Shown: positions 36,505-46,695 of the stretch, in pieces | Layout: each line of letters begins with the position of its first letter | How positions within the stretch are numbered: position 1 is the first letter of the stretch | Assembly: GCA_045863855.1 (NCBI GenBank) | Contig: BTVV01000018.1 | Span: 1,745-65,744 of the forward strand | DNA: 64,000 bases | Source: Planctomycetota bacterium | GTDB lineage: Bacteria; Planctomycetota; SZUA-567; H5-PLA8 | Direction: 5' to 3' | Notes under the pieces: generated by a model | The model's database searches: none | Seen by the model: only the letters and a program-made list of their open reading frames with translations | What the model was told of the DNA's origin: nothing | Translations under genes and position numbers: made by a program

Positions 36505-37485
36505 GTGGGACAAGACATCCTCGTCGTCGCCGAACTCAAGGACGGCCAACCGAAGACCGCGGTGCGGGAACTGCTGACCGCGGCGCGGCGCCTGGCCGAA
36601 GCGCTGGGCGGGCAGCCGCGCGCGGTGGCCCTGGGACCGGGCGCGGCGGGCGCTGCGGGCGAACTGGCGGCGTGGGGCGCGGCGAGCGTCCTTACCGCCG
36701 ATGAAGCGCCGTCCGGCGGCTTGCGCGCGGTGCGCGTGCTCGCGGCGGCCGTCGCGCAGATTCAGCCGGCGGCGGTGCTGCTGAGCGTCAACGCGTTCAG
36801 CCGCGACGTGGCGGCGCGGCTGGCCGCGCGGACGAACGGCGCGCTGGCGAGCGACTGCACGGGCTTAAGCGTCGCTGAGGGCAAGCTCCAGGTCGTCCGC
36901 CCGGTCTGCGCGGGGCGCGCGATTCTGACGGCCCGCCCTTGCGCCGCGGGCCCGCTGGTGGCGACCTTGCGCGCGAACAGCATCGGAGCCGAAGCGCCGG
37001 CCGCGCCCGGCGCCGGCACGGTGAGCGCGCTGGACGTTCCGGCCGATCCCGCCGACGCGCGCGTGACGCTGAAGGAGACGACCGCGACCAAGAGCGAGCG
37101 GCCCGAACTGACCGAAGCGGCGGTGGTGGTGAGCGGCGGGCGCAGCCTGGGCAGCGCGGACGCTTTCAAGACGATCTACGAACTGGCCGACGCCTTTGGC
37201 GCGGCCCCCGGCGCGAGCCGCGCGGCCGTCGACGCCGGCTACGCCCCGCACGCCATGCAGGTGGGCCAGACGGGCAAGACCGTCAGCCCCGCGCTCTACA
37301 TCGCCTGCGGAATCAGCGGCGCGATCCAGCACCTCGCCGGGATGCGCACCAGCAAGTACATCGTGGCGATCAACAAGGATCCCAACGCGCCGATCTTCAA
37401 GCTCGCCGATTTCGGCATCGTCGGGGACCTCTTCGAAGTCTGTCCGGCGCTGACGGCCGAAGTAAAGAAGGCGAAGACTTCGTAA
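36505..37485 (+). CDS. etfA: electron transfer flavoprotein alpha subunit
   Basis: FAD-binding C-terminal region PALYIACGISGAIQHLAGM and ETF-alpha N-terminal domain. Confidence 0.85.
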   Translation: MGQDILVVAELKDGQPKTAVRELLTAARRLAEALGGQPRAVALGPGAAGAAGELAAWGAASVLTADEAPSGGLRAVRVLAAAVAQIQPAAVLLSVNAFSRDVAARLAARTNGALASDCTGLSVAEGKLQVVRPVCAGRAILTARPCAAGPLVATLRANSIGAEAPAAPGAGTVSALDVPADPADARVTLKETTATKSERPELTEAAVVVSGGRSLGSADAFKTIYELADAFGAAPGASRAAVDAGYAPHAMQVGQTGKTVSPALYIACGISGAIQHLAGMRTSKYIVAINKDPNAPIFKLADFGIVGDLFEVCPALTAEVKKAKTS

Positions 37486-37535
37486 GCGAACGCATTCGTC
37501 GGAGACGTTCCCACCTATAAAAGGAGCGCAGGACC

Positions 37536-39074
37536 ATGGCCTACTACCTGGGCATCGATATCGGCACATCCGGCTCGCGCGCGCTGCTGATCGACGCGAC
37601 CGGCGCCGTCCGTGCCAGCGCATCGGGCGAGCACACGTGCCAGTCGCCCAAGCCGCTCTGGTCGGAGCAGGCGCCCGCCGAATGGTGGGCGGCGGTCCGG
37701 AAGGCCGTCCCCGAAGCCGTGCGGAAAGCGGGCATCAAGCCCGAAGAGATCAAGGGGATCGGGCTCTCCGGGCAGATGCACGGCCTGACGCTGCTCGACG
37801 CGAACAACAAAGTCCTGCGCCCGGCGATCCTGTGGAACGACCAGCGCACCGCCGCGGAATGCGCGGAGATCACGCAGCGCGCCGGCGGCCTGAAGGAACT
37901 CCTGCGCCTCGTCAGCAACCCGGCGCTCACCGGTTTCACCGCGCCGAAGATGCTCTGGGTACGCAAGCACGAGCCCAAGCTGTACGAGCAGGCGCGCAAG
38001 GCGCTCCTGCCGAAAGATTACATCCGCTTCCTGCTCACCGGCGAATACGCCACCGAAGTGAGCGACGCATCGGGCACGCTGCTGCTGGACATCAACAAGC
38101 GTGCGTGGTCGGCCGAATTGCTCAGCAAGCTCGAGATCGACGCGGCGCTGCTGCCGAAGGTCTACGAATCGCCCGAAGTGAGCGGCCGGATCAGCCCCGA
38201 GGCCAGCGCGGCCTTAGGCGGCGCGGTGCTCCCCGGCACGCCGGTGGTGGGCGGCGGCGGCGACCAGGCCGCCGGCGGCGTCGGCGCGGGCATTGTGCAG
38301 AGCGGGATTGCCTCGGTCAGTCTCGGTACGAGCGGCGTCGTCTTCCTGCACGCCGACGAGGTGAAAACCGATCCGGAAGGCCGCCTGCACAGCTTCTGTC
38401 ACGCGGTGCCGGGCAAGTGGCACATGATGGGCGTCTGCCTTTCCAGCGGCGGGAGTTTCCAGTGGTTCCGTAACGCGCTGGGGCAGCCCGAAGCCGAAGC
38501 GGCGCGCAAAAGCGGGGGCGATCCGTACGATCTGCTCGTCGCGCAGGCCGCCGCCGAACCGGCCGGCAGCCGCGGCCTGTGCTTCCTGCCCTACCTCACC
38601 GGCGAGCGCACGCCGCATGCCGATCCCTATGCCACCGGCGCGTACGTCGGCATCACGCCGTCCACCACCAAGGGCGCCCTGGGCCGCGCGATTATCGAAG
38701 GCGTCTGCTACTCGCTGCGCGACAGCTTCGAGATCTTCAAAGCGCTCAATCTGCCCGTCCGCGAAGTGCGCGTGACCGGCGGCGGCGCGAAGAATCCCTT
38801 CTGGCGCCAGACGCTGGCCGATGTGTTCGGGCAAGGCACCTGCGGGCTCGTCGCGGCCGAAGGGCCGGCCTACGGTGTCGCGCTCCTGGCCGCCGTCGGG
38901 ACCGGCGGCTTCAAAAGCGTCGAAGAAGCCTGCCGCGCGACGGTGCGCACCTGCGATCCGCTCGCCGCGAACCCCGCGCACGTCAAGACCTACAACACCT
39001 ACTATCCGCACTGGCAGCATCTGTACCGTGCGTTGAAAGGCGACTACGAGCGGCTGGCCCAAGTCGCACGGTAA
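37536..39074 (+). CDS. xylB: xylulokinase (FGGY carbohydrate kinase family)
   Basis: MAYYLGIDIGTSGSRALLID N-terminal FGGY motif. HGLTLLDANNKVLRPAILWNDQRT. C-terminal FGGY_C domain (GGGAKNPFWRQTLADVFG). Confidence 0.8.
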   Translation: MAYYLGIDIGTSGSRALLIDATGAVRASASGEHTCQSPKPLWSEQAPAEWWAAVRKAVPEAVRKAGIKPEEIKGIGLSGQMHGLTLLDANNKVLRPAILWNDQRTAAECAEITQRAGGLKELLRLVSNPALTGFTAPKMLWVRKHEPKLYEQARKALLPKDYIRFLLTGEYATEVSDASGTLLLDINKRAWSAELLSKLEIDAALLPKVYESPEVSGRISPEASAALGGAVLPGTPVVGGGGDQAAGGVGAGIVQSGIASVSLGTSGVVFLHADEVKTDPEGRLHSFCHAVPGKWHMMGVCLSSGGSFQWFRNALGQPEAEAARKSGGDPYDLLVAQAAAEPAGSRGLCFLPYLTGERTPHADPYATGAYVGITPSTTKGALGRAIIEGVCYSLRDSFEIFKALNLPVREVRVTGGGAKNPFWRQTLADVFGQGTCGLVAAEGPAYGVALLAAVGTGGFKSVEEACRATVRTCDPLAANPAHVKTYNTYYPHWQHLYRALKGDYERLAQVAR

Positions 39075-39089
39075 GCGCCGCAGGCGCGT

Positions 39090-41120
39090 TCAGACGCCGG
39101 ACGAAGAACCTTTCTCCGACATGACTTCGCGCAGCTTCTGGAGCAGGCTGCGCGGACTAAACGGCTTGGGCAGGAACTGCACGCCCTGCTTGATCACGCC
39201 TTCGCGGACAATCACATTCTCGGTGTAGCCCGAGATGAACACGACCTTCAACTGCGGCATCGATTTTCGTAAATCCTGGGCCAGATCCATCCCGCTCATA
39301 TGCGGCAATACCACATCGGTGATCAGCAAATCGATCGCGCCCGGATGTTCCCGGACCAGCTTCAACGCCTGCTCGCCCGAACCGGCTTGCAGCACACGGT
39401 AGCCGCCTAACTCCAGCGCCTCGATGGCCATCTGGCGTAACGCTTGGTTGTCCTCGACGATCAGCACGGAAAGGCCCGGCGAAGGCTCGGCGACGGCGAC
39501 GCGTTCTTCCTCCTCCGTGGCCACGGCACCCACATGGCGCGGGAGCAGGATGCGGAAAACCGCGCCCTGACCCACGGCGCTCTCGACTTCGATGTGCCCT
39601 CGATTCTGCTTCACGATCCCGTACACCGACGCCAGCCCCAACCCGGTGCCGCGCCCGACGCCCTTGGTGGTGAAGAACGGCTCGAAGAGGAACGGCAGGA
39701 AATCGGCCGGGATGCCTTGTCCGGTATCGGTGATGGTCATCTTCACGTACTGGCCCGGCAGCAGGTGGTCACGCGACTGGGCTTCCGATTCTTTCAAGGT
39801 CACGTTGGCGGTCTCGATCGTCAGCTTTCCGCCAGCAGGCATCGCATCGCGCGCATTGATGGCCAGATTCAGGACCACCTGCTCGAACTGTCCGGGATCG
39901 ATCAATACCGGCGCGAGCGCGGGATCGGGCAGGATCGCCAGTTCGATCTGCTCGCCCAGCAGCGGGCGCAGGATCTGGCTGATCCGGCCGAGCAGGTCGT
40001 TTACGCTGGACACACGGGGCTGAATGATCTGCTTGCGCGCGAAGGCGAGAAGCTGCTTGGTGAGCGACGCGCCGCGTTCGGCCGATGCGCGCATCTCGCC
40101 CACCAAGCGGCGCTCGCGGGGCCGCTCGGCCAGTTGCGTCTCGACCAGTTCGGCGTTGCCCATCACCACCGTCAGCAGGTTGTTGAAATCGTGCGCGATG
40201 CCGCCGGCCAGCCGGCCCACACTCTCGAGCTTCTGCGCGTGCAGGAGATGCGATTCGAGTTCCCGGCGCTTGGTCACGTCCATCACCGTCCCCAGCATCT
40301 TCTGAGGTTTGCCCGACGAACCGAAGAACGCCTGGCCGTGCGCCGCCAGCCAGCGCAGCGGCAAATCCGGATTCTCGAGCCGGAATTCGAAATCGAAGCG
40401 GTCGCGCCCGTCCTTGCGTTCCAGTGCGTCGCGGACGGCGCGTTCCACCTGGATACGGTCCTCGGCGTGAACCAGCATCAGAAACTCGGTGAAACTCGTG
40501 GAAGCCGTGGACGTGCGGAAAAGTCCGCAAGCTTCTTCGGAGAAGTTTATTTTGCCTTCTGGCACCAGCCATTGCCAAGTGCCCATGCTGGACGCCTGCA
40601 GCGCCAGACTCAGTTGCTCCTGGCGCTCGCTTAACTGCTCCTCGGCGCGTTGGCGCTCGCGGACTTCCCGTTCCAGATTTGCGTTGATCTCCTCAAGCCT
40701 CGGCAGCCGCAGCGCCCGGGGCAGCACGGGAATCAGCGAAATCACCGTGATCCACGAGACCGTAGCGGTGCAGGCTTTGATCACCCCGTTGAAGCGGTAA
40801 GCCGGATACCAGAACATCAACGCTTCGATCAGGTGTCCCAGGCCGCAGAACAGAATGAACGCGCCGAAAGCCCAGAAAATGCGGTGAAACGGGACGTCCC
40901 GGCGCCGGATCACGAAATACGCAATGAGTGCCGGGATCGTGAAGTAGGCGCCGAAGATGAGCAGATCGGAGACGATATGCAGCCAGCCGTGCCCTTCCGT
41001 CCACGCTCCGCATTGCCAGCGCGCGGGAAAATCGCTCGTATCGAACAGTTTATCGATGAAGTCCAGCATAGGGGCCTCCCGGTGCGAGAGGGGCGCGGAG
41101 GATGCCCCTCTTGGGTTCAT
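39090..41120 (-). CDS. hybrid sensor histidine kinase/response regulator with N-terminal multi-TM sensor domain and PAS domain
   Basis: N-terminal 5-6 TM helices, coiled coil, PAS. HisKA H-box [18 protein letters not shown]. HATPase_c ([20 protein letters not shown]). C-terminal REC ([11 protein letters not shown]...[14 protein letters not shown]). Confidence 0.8.
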   Translation of the reverse strand: MNPRGASSAPLSHREAPMLDFIDKLFDTSDFPARWQCGAWTEGHGWLHIVSDLLIFGAYFTIPALIAYFVIRRRDVPFHRIFWAFGAFILFCGLGHLIEALMFWYPAYRFNGVIKACTATVSWITVISLIPVLPRALRLPRLEEINANLEREVRERQRAEEQLSERQEQLSLALQASSMGTWQWLVPEGKINFSEEACGLFRTSTASTSFTEFLMLVHAEDRIQVERAVRDALERKDGRDRFDFEFRLENPDLPLRWLAAHGQAFFGSSGKPQKMLGTVMDVTKRRELESHLLHAQKLESVGRLAGGIAHDFNNLLTVVMGNAELVETQLAERPRERRLVGEMRASAERGASLTKQLLAFARKQIIQPRVSSVNDLLGRISQILRPLLGEQIELAILPDPALAPVLIDPGQFEQVVLNLAINARDAMPAGGKLTIETANVTLKESEAQSRDHLLPGQYVKMTITDTGQGIPADFLPFLFEPFFTTKGVGRGTGLGLASVYGIVKQNRGHIEVESAVGQGAVFRILLPRHVGAVATEEEERVAVAEPSPGLSVLIVEDNQALRQMAIEALELGGYRVLQAGSGEQALKLVREHPGAIDLLITDVVLPHMSGMDLAQDLRKSMPQLKVVFISGYTENVIVREGVIKQGVQFLPKPFSPRSLLQKLREVMSEKGSSSGV

Positions 41121-41255
41121 AGCTGCTATTGCATTGTGTTAATCGGAGCCAGAATAGTACCTGGATAATTTACCTGCTGCGATAGCCGTGCCGAAAGGTA
41201 GAAGACGCAGGATTATGCGTATGCGCCTGTGCCTTGCCGCCCTATCCAAGCAGGC

Positions 41256-41678
41256 TCATTGGGGCGGCTTGCCGGGCAACGCACAGGTTCCCGAAATGCG
41301 GTAGCGATTCGAAGCCACCCAGCCGTACGCGCGGGTGAACAGCCCGTAGATGCCCGGACAACCGAATAGAATGCCCAAGGGCCACAGATACCAGATGCGC
41401 CGAAAGAGAAACAAGTAAGCGTCCGCGCCGTTGTACTGCTCTCCCTCCACGCTCAGGACCCTAAAGGTGGCGATGACTTCTTCCTTCGTGAGCCCTAATC
41501 GTTCGGCCACCCACGGCGCTTGAAGGGGTTCGCAGACGAACCCGCGCTTTTCCAGCGCTCCGCGCGCCACCCGCAGGCACTTGAGGCAAAAGCCGCAGGA
41601 GCCGTCGTAAAGCACCCAACCCGTGCGCGCAGAAGGCTGCGTACTCGGGGCCACCGGAGCTTGAAGCGTTTGCGCCAT
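41256..41678 (-). CDS. thiol-disulfide oxidoreductase DCC (DUF393) family protein
   Basis: WVLYDGSCGFCLKCLR N-terminal CxxC motif characteristic of the DCC family. Confidence 0.6.
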   Translation of the reverse strand: MAQTLQAPVAPSTQPSARTGWVLYDGSCGFCLKCLRVARGALEKRGFVCEPLQAPWVAERLGLTKEEVIATFRVLSVEGEQYNGADAYLFLFRRIWYLWPLGILFGCPGIYGLFTRAYGWVASNRYRISGTCALPGKPPQ

Positions 41679-41866
41679 ACCACTCTAAAGATAACCGCGC
41701 GCGGTCGGTTTCCAAACTTTGATATGCTAAGTCGAGAATTGACAGGTGCTTGAATTTCAACTTCACACTCTATTCGGGCATGCTATAAGCATCGCTCGTG
41801 GGTGGGAACGACTTCCCCCTGCCGCTTGTCGAATCGGAAAACCTCAGGCAAAGAGAGGAGCCCCAC

Positions 41867-42388
41867 ATGGCTCAGGAACGCACCGGTGTGATCACGTTCA
41901 AAGGCGGCCCGCTGACGCTGGTCGGCCCGGAATTGAAGGTCGGCGACAAGGCGCCCGAGTTCAGCGTCGTGGACGGCGGCTTGGCCGAAGTGACGCTCAA
42001 GAGCAGCGCCGGCAAGACGCGGTTGATCAGTGTCGTCCCGTCGCTCGATACACCCGTCTGTGACCAGCAGACCCGCAAGTTCAACGAAGAGGCCGCGAAA
42101 CTGCCCGGCAATGTGGCGGTGATCACCGTCAGCGTCGACCTGCCGTTCGCGCAGAAGCGCTTCTGCTCCACCGCCGGCATCGAGAAGGTCCAGGTGGTCA
42201 GCGACTACAAGACCCGCGATTTCGGACACAAGTACGGGCTGTTCATCAAGGAGTTGGCGTTGCTCACGCGCGCGGTTCTGGTGGTCGGCGCCGATGACAA
42301 GATCAAGTACCTCGAAGTGGTCAAGGAAGTCACCAGCACCCCCGATTACACCAAGGCGCTGAACGCCGCCAAGACCGCGGCCAGCTAG
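41867..42388 (+). CDS. tpx: thiol peroxidase (atypical 2-Cys peroxiredoxin, Tpx)
   Basis: VPSLDTPVCDQQTRKFNEEA peroxidatic Cys motif and FCSTAGI resolving Cys. Start placed at MAQERTG (41867) rather than the ORF start 41798. Confidence 0.8.
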   Translation: MAQERTGVITFKGGPLTLVGPELKVGDKAPEFSVVDGGLAEVTLKSSAGKTRLISVVPSLDTPVCDQQTRKFNEEAAKLPGNVAVITVSVDLPFAQKRFCSTAGIEKVQVVSDYKTRDFGHKYGLFIKELALLTRAVLVVGADDKIKYLEVVKEVTSTPDYTKALNAAKTAAS

Positions 42389-42424
42389 CCCCTCGTACGA
42401 AACAACCATTGGGAGGATACATCC

Positions 42425-43060
42425 ATGAGCGAAGGACCATGCGGCATCCGCGCGCCCCAGGTGGGCAGCGCGGCTCCGGCGTTTAGCGGTTCGTCCGTGG
42501 TGGGCACTCAGTTCGCGGACCTCAAGTTCGAGGGCGGCGTGCTGAACGTGGGCGGCGAAAGCTTCAAGGGTAAGTGGACGGTGCTGTTCTTCTACCCGCT
42601 CGACTTTACCTTCGTCTGCCCGACGGAAATCATCGCGTTTCACGAGCATCTAGCGAGCTTCGAGAAGCTCAACACGAAGGTCGTGGGCGCCTCGATCGAC
42701 AGCCAGTTCACGCACCTGGCCTGGAAGAAAACGCCGCGCAAGGACGGCGGCTTGGGCGAGATCGGCTTCCCGCTCCTCGCCGACGTGACCAAGAACGCTT
42801 CGCGCGACTACGGCGTGCTCCTGCCCGGCGGCGTCGCGGCGCGCGGCGTCTTCATCATCGACGACAAGGGCATCCTGCAATCGTGCACCGTCAATAACCT
42901 GGGCGTGGGCCGTAACGTGGAGGAAATTCTCCGCACGCTCGAAGGGTACCAGTTCGTGGCCAAGCACGGCGAAGTCTGCCCGGCCAACTGGAAGCCCGGC
43001 GCAGCGACCATGAAGCCCGATCCGGAAGGCTCGAAGGACTACTTCAAGACGGTCAAGTAA
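42425..43060 (+). CDS. typical 2-Cys peroxiredoxin (AhpC/Prx1 family)
   Basis: FFYPLDFTFVCPTEI peroxidatic motif and C-terminal resolving GEVCPANW. Confidence 0.85.
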   Translation: MSEGPCGIRAPQVGSAAPAFSGSSVVGTQFADLKFEGGVLNVGGESFKGKWTVLFFYPLDFTFVCPTEIIAFHEHLASFEKLNTKVVGASIDSQFTHLAWKKTPRKDGGLGEIGFPLLADVTKNASRDYGVLLPGGVAARGVFIIDDKGILQSCTVNNLGVGRNVEEILRTLEGYQFVAKHGEVCPANWKPGAATMKPDPEGSKDYFKTVK

Positions 43061-43076
43061 GCCTCGCATAAATACA

Positions 43077-43118
43077 GGGGCGGGATCCGAGCTGCGGGTC
43101 CCGCCCCTTTTTATTTGA
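43077..43118 (+). terminator. rho-independent terminator after the peroxiredoxin gene
   Basis: GGGGCGGGATCCGAGCTGCGGGTCCCGCCCC hairpin followed by TTTTTATTT. Confidence 0.5.
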
Positions 43119-43264
43119 ATCGCCCGAATGGCCGCTTCCCTCTCTAGCAGGTCCCTTTTCCGCAAACCATCTTGAGCACAAAGGTTGCATTCGACCCGGC
43201 CTATTGCGTATAGTGTAAAGGTACGTGCAAGAGGCTGTCCTACGGCCGCCGGGGGTGGCAGGGC

Positions 43265-44311
43265 GTGAATCAAGACGAAGTCGACCGCTCCGAAACCGAC
43301 CTCGTGGTGCTCGACAACGAGCCGTCCTGGCGGGAGTTCCAGGAACGCGCGCTGCGCCGGGCGGGTTTTCGCCAAGTCGTCGCGTACCCCGGCAAGTCAC
43401 AGCACCTCGACGAATACCTGAACCACGGCTCCGGCCGCAAAGCCGATCTCGTCGTCTTCGGAATCCAGCCCGACAACGACGGCTGCTGGGAACACCTCCG
43501 CGCGATCCGCCAGTTCTACGAAGGCCCGCTCCTCGCGACCACCGAACGCAACCGAGCCGGCCTGCGCGACCGCGTCATCGACTTGGGCTGCGCCGATTGC
43601 CTCTCCATGGGCGAGTACGGCGAAGAAGGCCTCGAACTTAAGGTCGATACCGTCCTCGCCGCGCACCGCATCAACTCGATGATCGACGAGAACGACCACC
43701 GCAATCAGCGTCTCTTTGTCAACATCCTCACCGTGATGGTCAAGATCCTCGAGTCCAAGGACCCGTACACGCGCTTCCACAGCCATTCGGTGGCGCTCTG
43801 GTCGCGCATGATCGGGCGCAAAAAGGGCCTGAGCGAAGAAGAATTGATCCGCTTGGGGCTGGCCGCGGTCTTTCACGACTTCGGGAAGATCGGCATCCCC
43901 GAGGAGATTCTCAATAAGCCCTCGCGCCTCACCGACGAAGAGTTCGAGGTGATGAAGCAGCACCCCACCATCGCGCGCGATCTGCTCTCGTCGCTCGATC
44001 TGCTCCACGATCTCTTGCCGGCCATTACGCACCACCATGAACGCTGGGACGGGCGCGGCTATCCGGCTTCGCTGCGCGCCGAAGATACGCCGCTGTGGGC
44101 GCGCATCATCTGCATCGCCGACGCCTACGACACCATGGCCAGCCGCCGCACCTACAAGGACCCCATGCCCACCGAGCGTGTCATCGAGGAACTCAAGAAG
44201 GGGCGCGCGCAGCAGTTCGACCCCGAACTCGTCGATATCATGCTCGAAATTCTCGCCGAGCGCGAAGCCGAGGCGCAAGCGCAAGGCGCGCCGGGGAACG
44301 GGAAGAAGTAA
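43265..44311 (+). CDS. HD-GYP domain phosphodiesterase with degenerate N-terminal receiver-like domain
   Basis: HD motif (AAVFHDFGKIG) and HHHERWDGRGYP (HD-GYP signature). N-terminal CheY-like fold without the canonical phospho-acceptor context. Confidence 0.8.
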   Translation: MNQDEVDRSETDLVVLDNEPSWREFQERALRRAGFRQVVAYPGKSQHLDEYLNHGSGRKADLVVFGIQPDNDGCWEHLRAIRQFYEGPLLATTERNRAGLRDRVIDLGCADCLSMGEYGEEGLELKVDTVLAAHRINSMIDENDHRNQRLFVNILTVMVKILESKDPYTRFHSHSVALWSRMIGRKKGLSEEELIRLGLAAVFHDFGKIGIPEEILNKPSRLTDEEFEVMKQHPTIARDLLSSLDLLHDLLPAITHHHERWDGRGYPASLRAEDTPLWARIICIADAYDTMASRRTYKDPMPTERVIEELKKGRAQQFDPELVDIMLEILAEREAEAQAQGAPGNGKK

Positions 44312-44473
44312 TCGGTGAAGGCGATACGTGAAAAGTAATTTGTAAAGGTCAACGGCAACTATTGCGGCCGCAGCCATGGCGAGGCGCCACTGGCTTCGGC
44401 CAGCGGCGCCCCTCTCCATCCACAGACCTAGCTCCTTACTTTTTACTCTTAGCCGGTCACCGATCACCGCCTA

Positions 44474-45568
44474 ATGCTCTCAGCCCTTGCGCCTCACGCG
44501 CCTCCGGCGAAGCTATCCCCCATGGAGCCCCGCCTCATCCGCCCCTTTCCCGAAGCGCCGCCGGCGCAGGCGCCCGAATTGCTCGGGCGGCTCCTGCTGG
44601 CGCTCACCTTCGTCGCGCTGGCGTATGGGCTGACGGCGCCGCGGCTGAGCGACGCCACCGGCGGGGCACGGTTGGAAGCGGTGGTCTTGCTGCGCGTATT
44701 CCTATTCGCGCTGGGCGGGCTCGCGGCGAGTCTGATTCAAGGCGCGCGGGCGCGGGACGCGGCGCTGGGCGCCAGCGCCGCCGTGGCGCTTGCGGCGCTC
44801 TGGTTTCTGGGGCCGCCGCATCCCGAGGCGGCGCCGGTGGTGAACGAGCCCGATGCGCGCTGGGCGTGGAGCGGCAGCGTGCGGGATCTGCTGCTCGTCC
44901 AGGCCGTGCTGCTGGCCGCGGTACTCTCCGGAACCTGGCTGGGAAGGTTGCTGGAACGCCCCGGCCACCTCCTCGCGGTGGTCCTCTGCGCCGCCGCCGG
45001 CGACGCCTGGCTGAACGTCCTGCACGTACCCGAATCGGTGGGCCCCGGCAATCCCGTGCGCCTGATGCGCTTCTCCTGGCCTCCGCCGCTCAGCGGCCTG
45101 CACGCCGCGCCGACGTTCGCGGATATCTTCTTCCTCGCGCTGTATCTCGAAGCCGCGCGGCGCTTCCGCTTCCGTTTGCTGGCCGTGGCCGCCGGAGCCG
45201 TCACCGCCTACGCCGTCGCCTCGCTGCTCTCGCTCATCGCGATGAAGACGATGCTCTCGCTGCCGCTGGTGGGGTTGGGCGTGCTGATGGGCGCGTGGCC
45301 GCAGTTCCGCTGTTCGGCCGGCGACGTGATCCGCGCCTTCGCGCTGGCCCTGCTGCTCTTCGCGGTCCTGCTGGGCTTCAACAGCCTGCGCGACGCCTTT
45401 CACCCGCGCACCGAACCGCCGCCGCATCCGTTCTATTGGCGCCGCGTCGCGAGCCATTCCGAAGGCTCGGTTCAAGACGCGGAAACGAATCCTGCCATCG
45501 CGCGGAGCGCCCGCGCGATGGCCGAGTCTAGCCGTCAGCCATCCGTCGCTGTTGGATCCCAAATCTAA
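44474..45568 (+). CDS. hypothetical polytopic membrane protein
   Basis: Frame with repeated hydrophobic helices (LLLALTFVALAYGL, LLRVFLFALGGLAASLI, AVLLAAVLSGTWLG, LLAVAAGAVTAYAVASLLSLIAM). The overlapping alternative frame 44362-45531 is Arg/Gly-rich and rejected. Confidence 0.35.
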   Translation: MLSALAPHAPPAKLSPMEPRLIRPFPEAPPAQAPELLGRLLLALTFVALAYGLTAPRLSDATGGARLEAVVLLRVFLFALGGLAASLIQGARARDAALGASAAVALAALWFLGPPHPEAAPVVNEPDARWAWSGSVRDLLLVQAVLLAAVLSGTWLGRLLERPGHLLAVVLCAAAGDAWLNVLHVPESVGPGNPVRLMRFSWPPPLSGLHAAPTFADIFFLALYLEAARRFRFRLLAVAAGAVTAYAVASLLSLIAMKTMLSLPLVGLGVLMGAWPQFRCSAGDVIRAFALALLLFAVLLGFNSLRDAFHPRTEPPPHPFYWRRVASHSEGSVQDAETNPAIARSARAMAESSRQPSVAVGSQI

Positions 45569-45572
45569 TATG

Positions 45573-45609
45573 AAAAGCGCGGGCCAGCCTCTCGGCCGCC
45601 CGCGCTTTT
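45573..45609. terminator. bidirectional rho-independent terminator between convergent genes
   Basis: AAAA-GCGCGGGC...GCCCGCGC-TTTT: perfect 8-bp stem flanked by A and T tracts. Lies between the + gene ending 45568 and the - gene ending 45661. Confidence 0.45.
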
Positions 45610-45660
45610 AAGAACCGTATGCCGTTCCAGCCAAAATCGAAATTCCAAAGTCCAAAATCG

Positions 45661-46149
45661 TTACTGCGGGATCAGGACCTTTGTGCCGACCGAAACCTTG
45701 TTCGGATCGGCGAAGTTGTTGGCGGCGATGAGCTTCTTGGGCGGGACGTTGTGCTTGCGGGCCACCGCGTAGAGCGTGTCGCCCTTCTGCATCGTGTAGT
45801 AGCTGCCACCGGCGGCGGTTCCTTCGGAAGCCGGGGCGGGCGCGAGCGCTTCGGGCGCCGGCGGCGGCTCGATGCGCGGCAACGGCGCGCTGGCGCCGGT
45901 CTGGCGGTCCTGCAAGAAGGCGTACTCGCCGGACGGCGCGGCGTTTGACTGCGCGACCGAATTCTCGACGCGCACCGGAGCGCTCAGAGAAGGCGGCGCG
46001 GGATTTTGAGCTTTGGCGGCCTTGGTCGAACCGCAGCCGGTCGTCAGGAGCGCGACGCTCCCGCCGAGCACCACCACGGCCACGGACACGAAGCGCGAAG
46101 CAACGCGGATCATCGGTACTCCCCCCTGGCTTCGGGCGCGGCGCGCCAT
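45661..46149 (-). CDS. LysM domain lipoprotein
   Basis: Lipobox LLTTGCGS. C-terminal LysM (YYTMQKGDTLYAVARKHNVPPKKLIAANNFADPNKVSVGTKVLIP). Confidence 0.7.
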   Translation of the reverse strand: MARRARSQGGVPMIRVASRFVSVAVVVLGGSVALLTTGCGSTKAAKAQNPAPPSLSAPVRVENSVAQSNAAPSGEYAFLQDRQTGASAPLPRIEPPPAPEALAPAPASEGTAAGGSYYTMQKGDTLYAVARKHNVPPKKLIAANNFADPNKVSVGTKVLIPQ

Positions 46150-46269
46150 GGCGGCGGCGACCCGAACGATTCCTGGTCTTCCCCACCCGCCCGGCGGGCA
46201 GGGGCGCAGACAAGAGGGGAATCGGCACGTAGAGGTAGCAACTTGAGCGGATTAGAGCGCGGCTTTTCG

Positions 46270-46695
46270 TCATCGGCACATCGGACACGAGCACGGCACG
46301 ACAGGAATGTAATAGGCATAGATCGATATTAGGGAAATCAGGAGTGCCGCGATCGAAAAGGCAAATGCCAGAACTCGCATGCGAGTCTTGGTAGTGCACC
46401 CATAAGTTAAGTACAGCCACGAGCAGGCCAGCATACCGGTTAGGTGCGTGGCAGGGTACTTCACCAGGAATACGCCTGCGTCAAGGATTCCCTGAGTCAA
46501 GAGAGGTAACGCCCCTATTTCGTAGTAAAGGAAGTATCGTTCGAACGCGACAGCTACCACCGAGGCAAACTTGATGGCCATAAAGAGTATGATTAAAGGC
46601 AAAGCATACAGCATGCGGCGGCGCACATCCTCGGTCGCCGTACCCGTGGAAGGCTCCTCCGAACCGGATGTAAGGTGCGCGCCCGCGTCGCTCAT
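46270..46695 (-). CDS. small hypothetical membrane protein (lower GC), 4-nt start/stop overlap with the upstream gene
   Basis: Start placed at MSDAGAHL (46695), giving ATGA overlap with the stop of 46692-47135. Hydrophobic helices LYALPLIILFMAIKFASVVAVAF, LAFAFSIAALLISLISIYAYYI. Cys-rich tail PCSCPMC. Confidence 0.4.
   Translation of the reverse strand: MSDAGAHLTSGSEEPSTGTATEDVRRRMLYALPLIILFMAIKFASVVAVAFERYFLYYEIGALPLLTQGILDAGVFLVKYPATHLTGMLACSWLYLTYGCTTKTRMRVLAFAFSIAALLISLISIYAYYIPVVPCSCPMCR

Noticed and set aside
43397-44467. 356-aa minus-strand ORF
   Set aside because: Antisense to the HD-GYP gene, which has unambiguous HD and GYP signatures.
44362-45531. 389-aa + ORF overlapping the membrane-protein frame
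   Set aside because: Arg/Gly/Ala-rich low-complexity translation. The alternative frame 44474-45568 shows regular hydrophobic helices.
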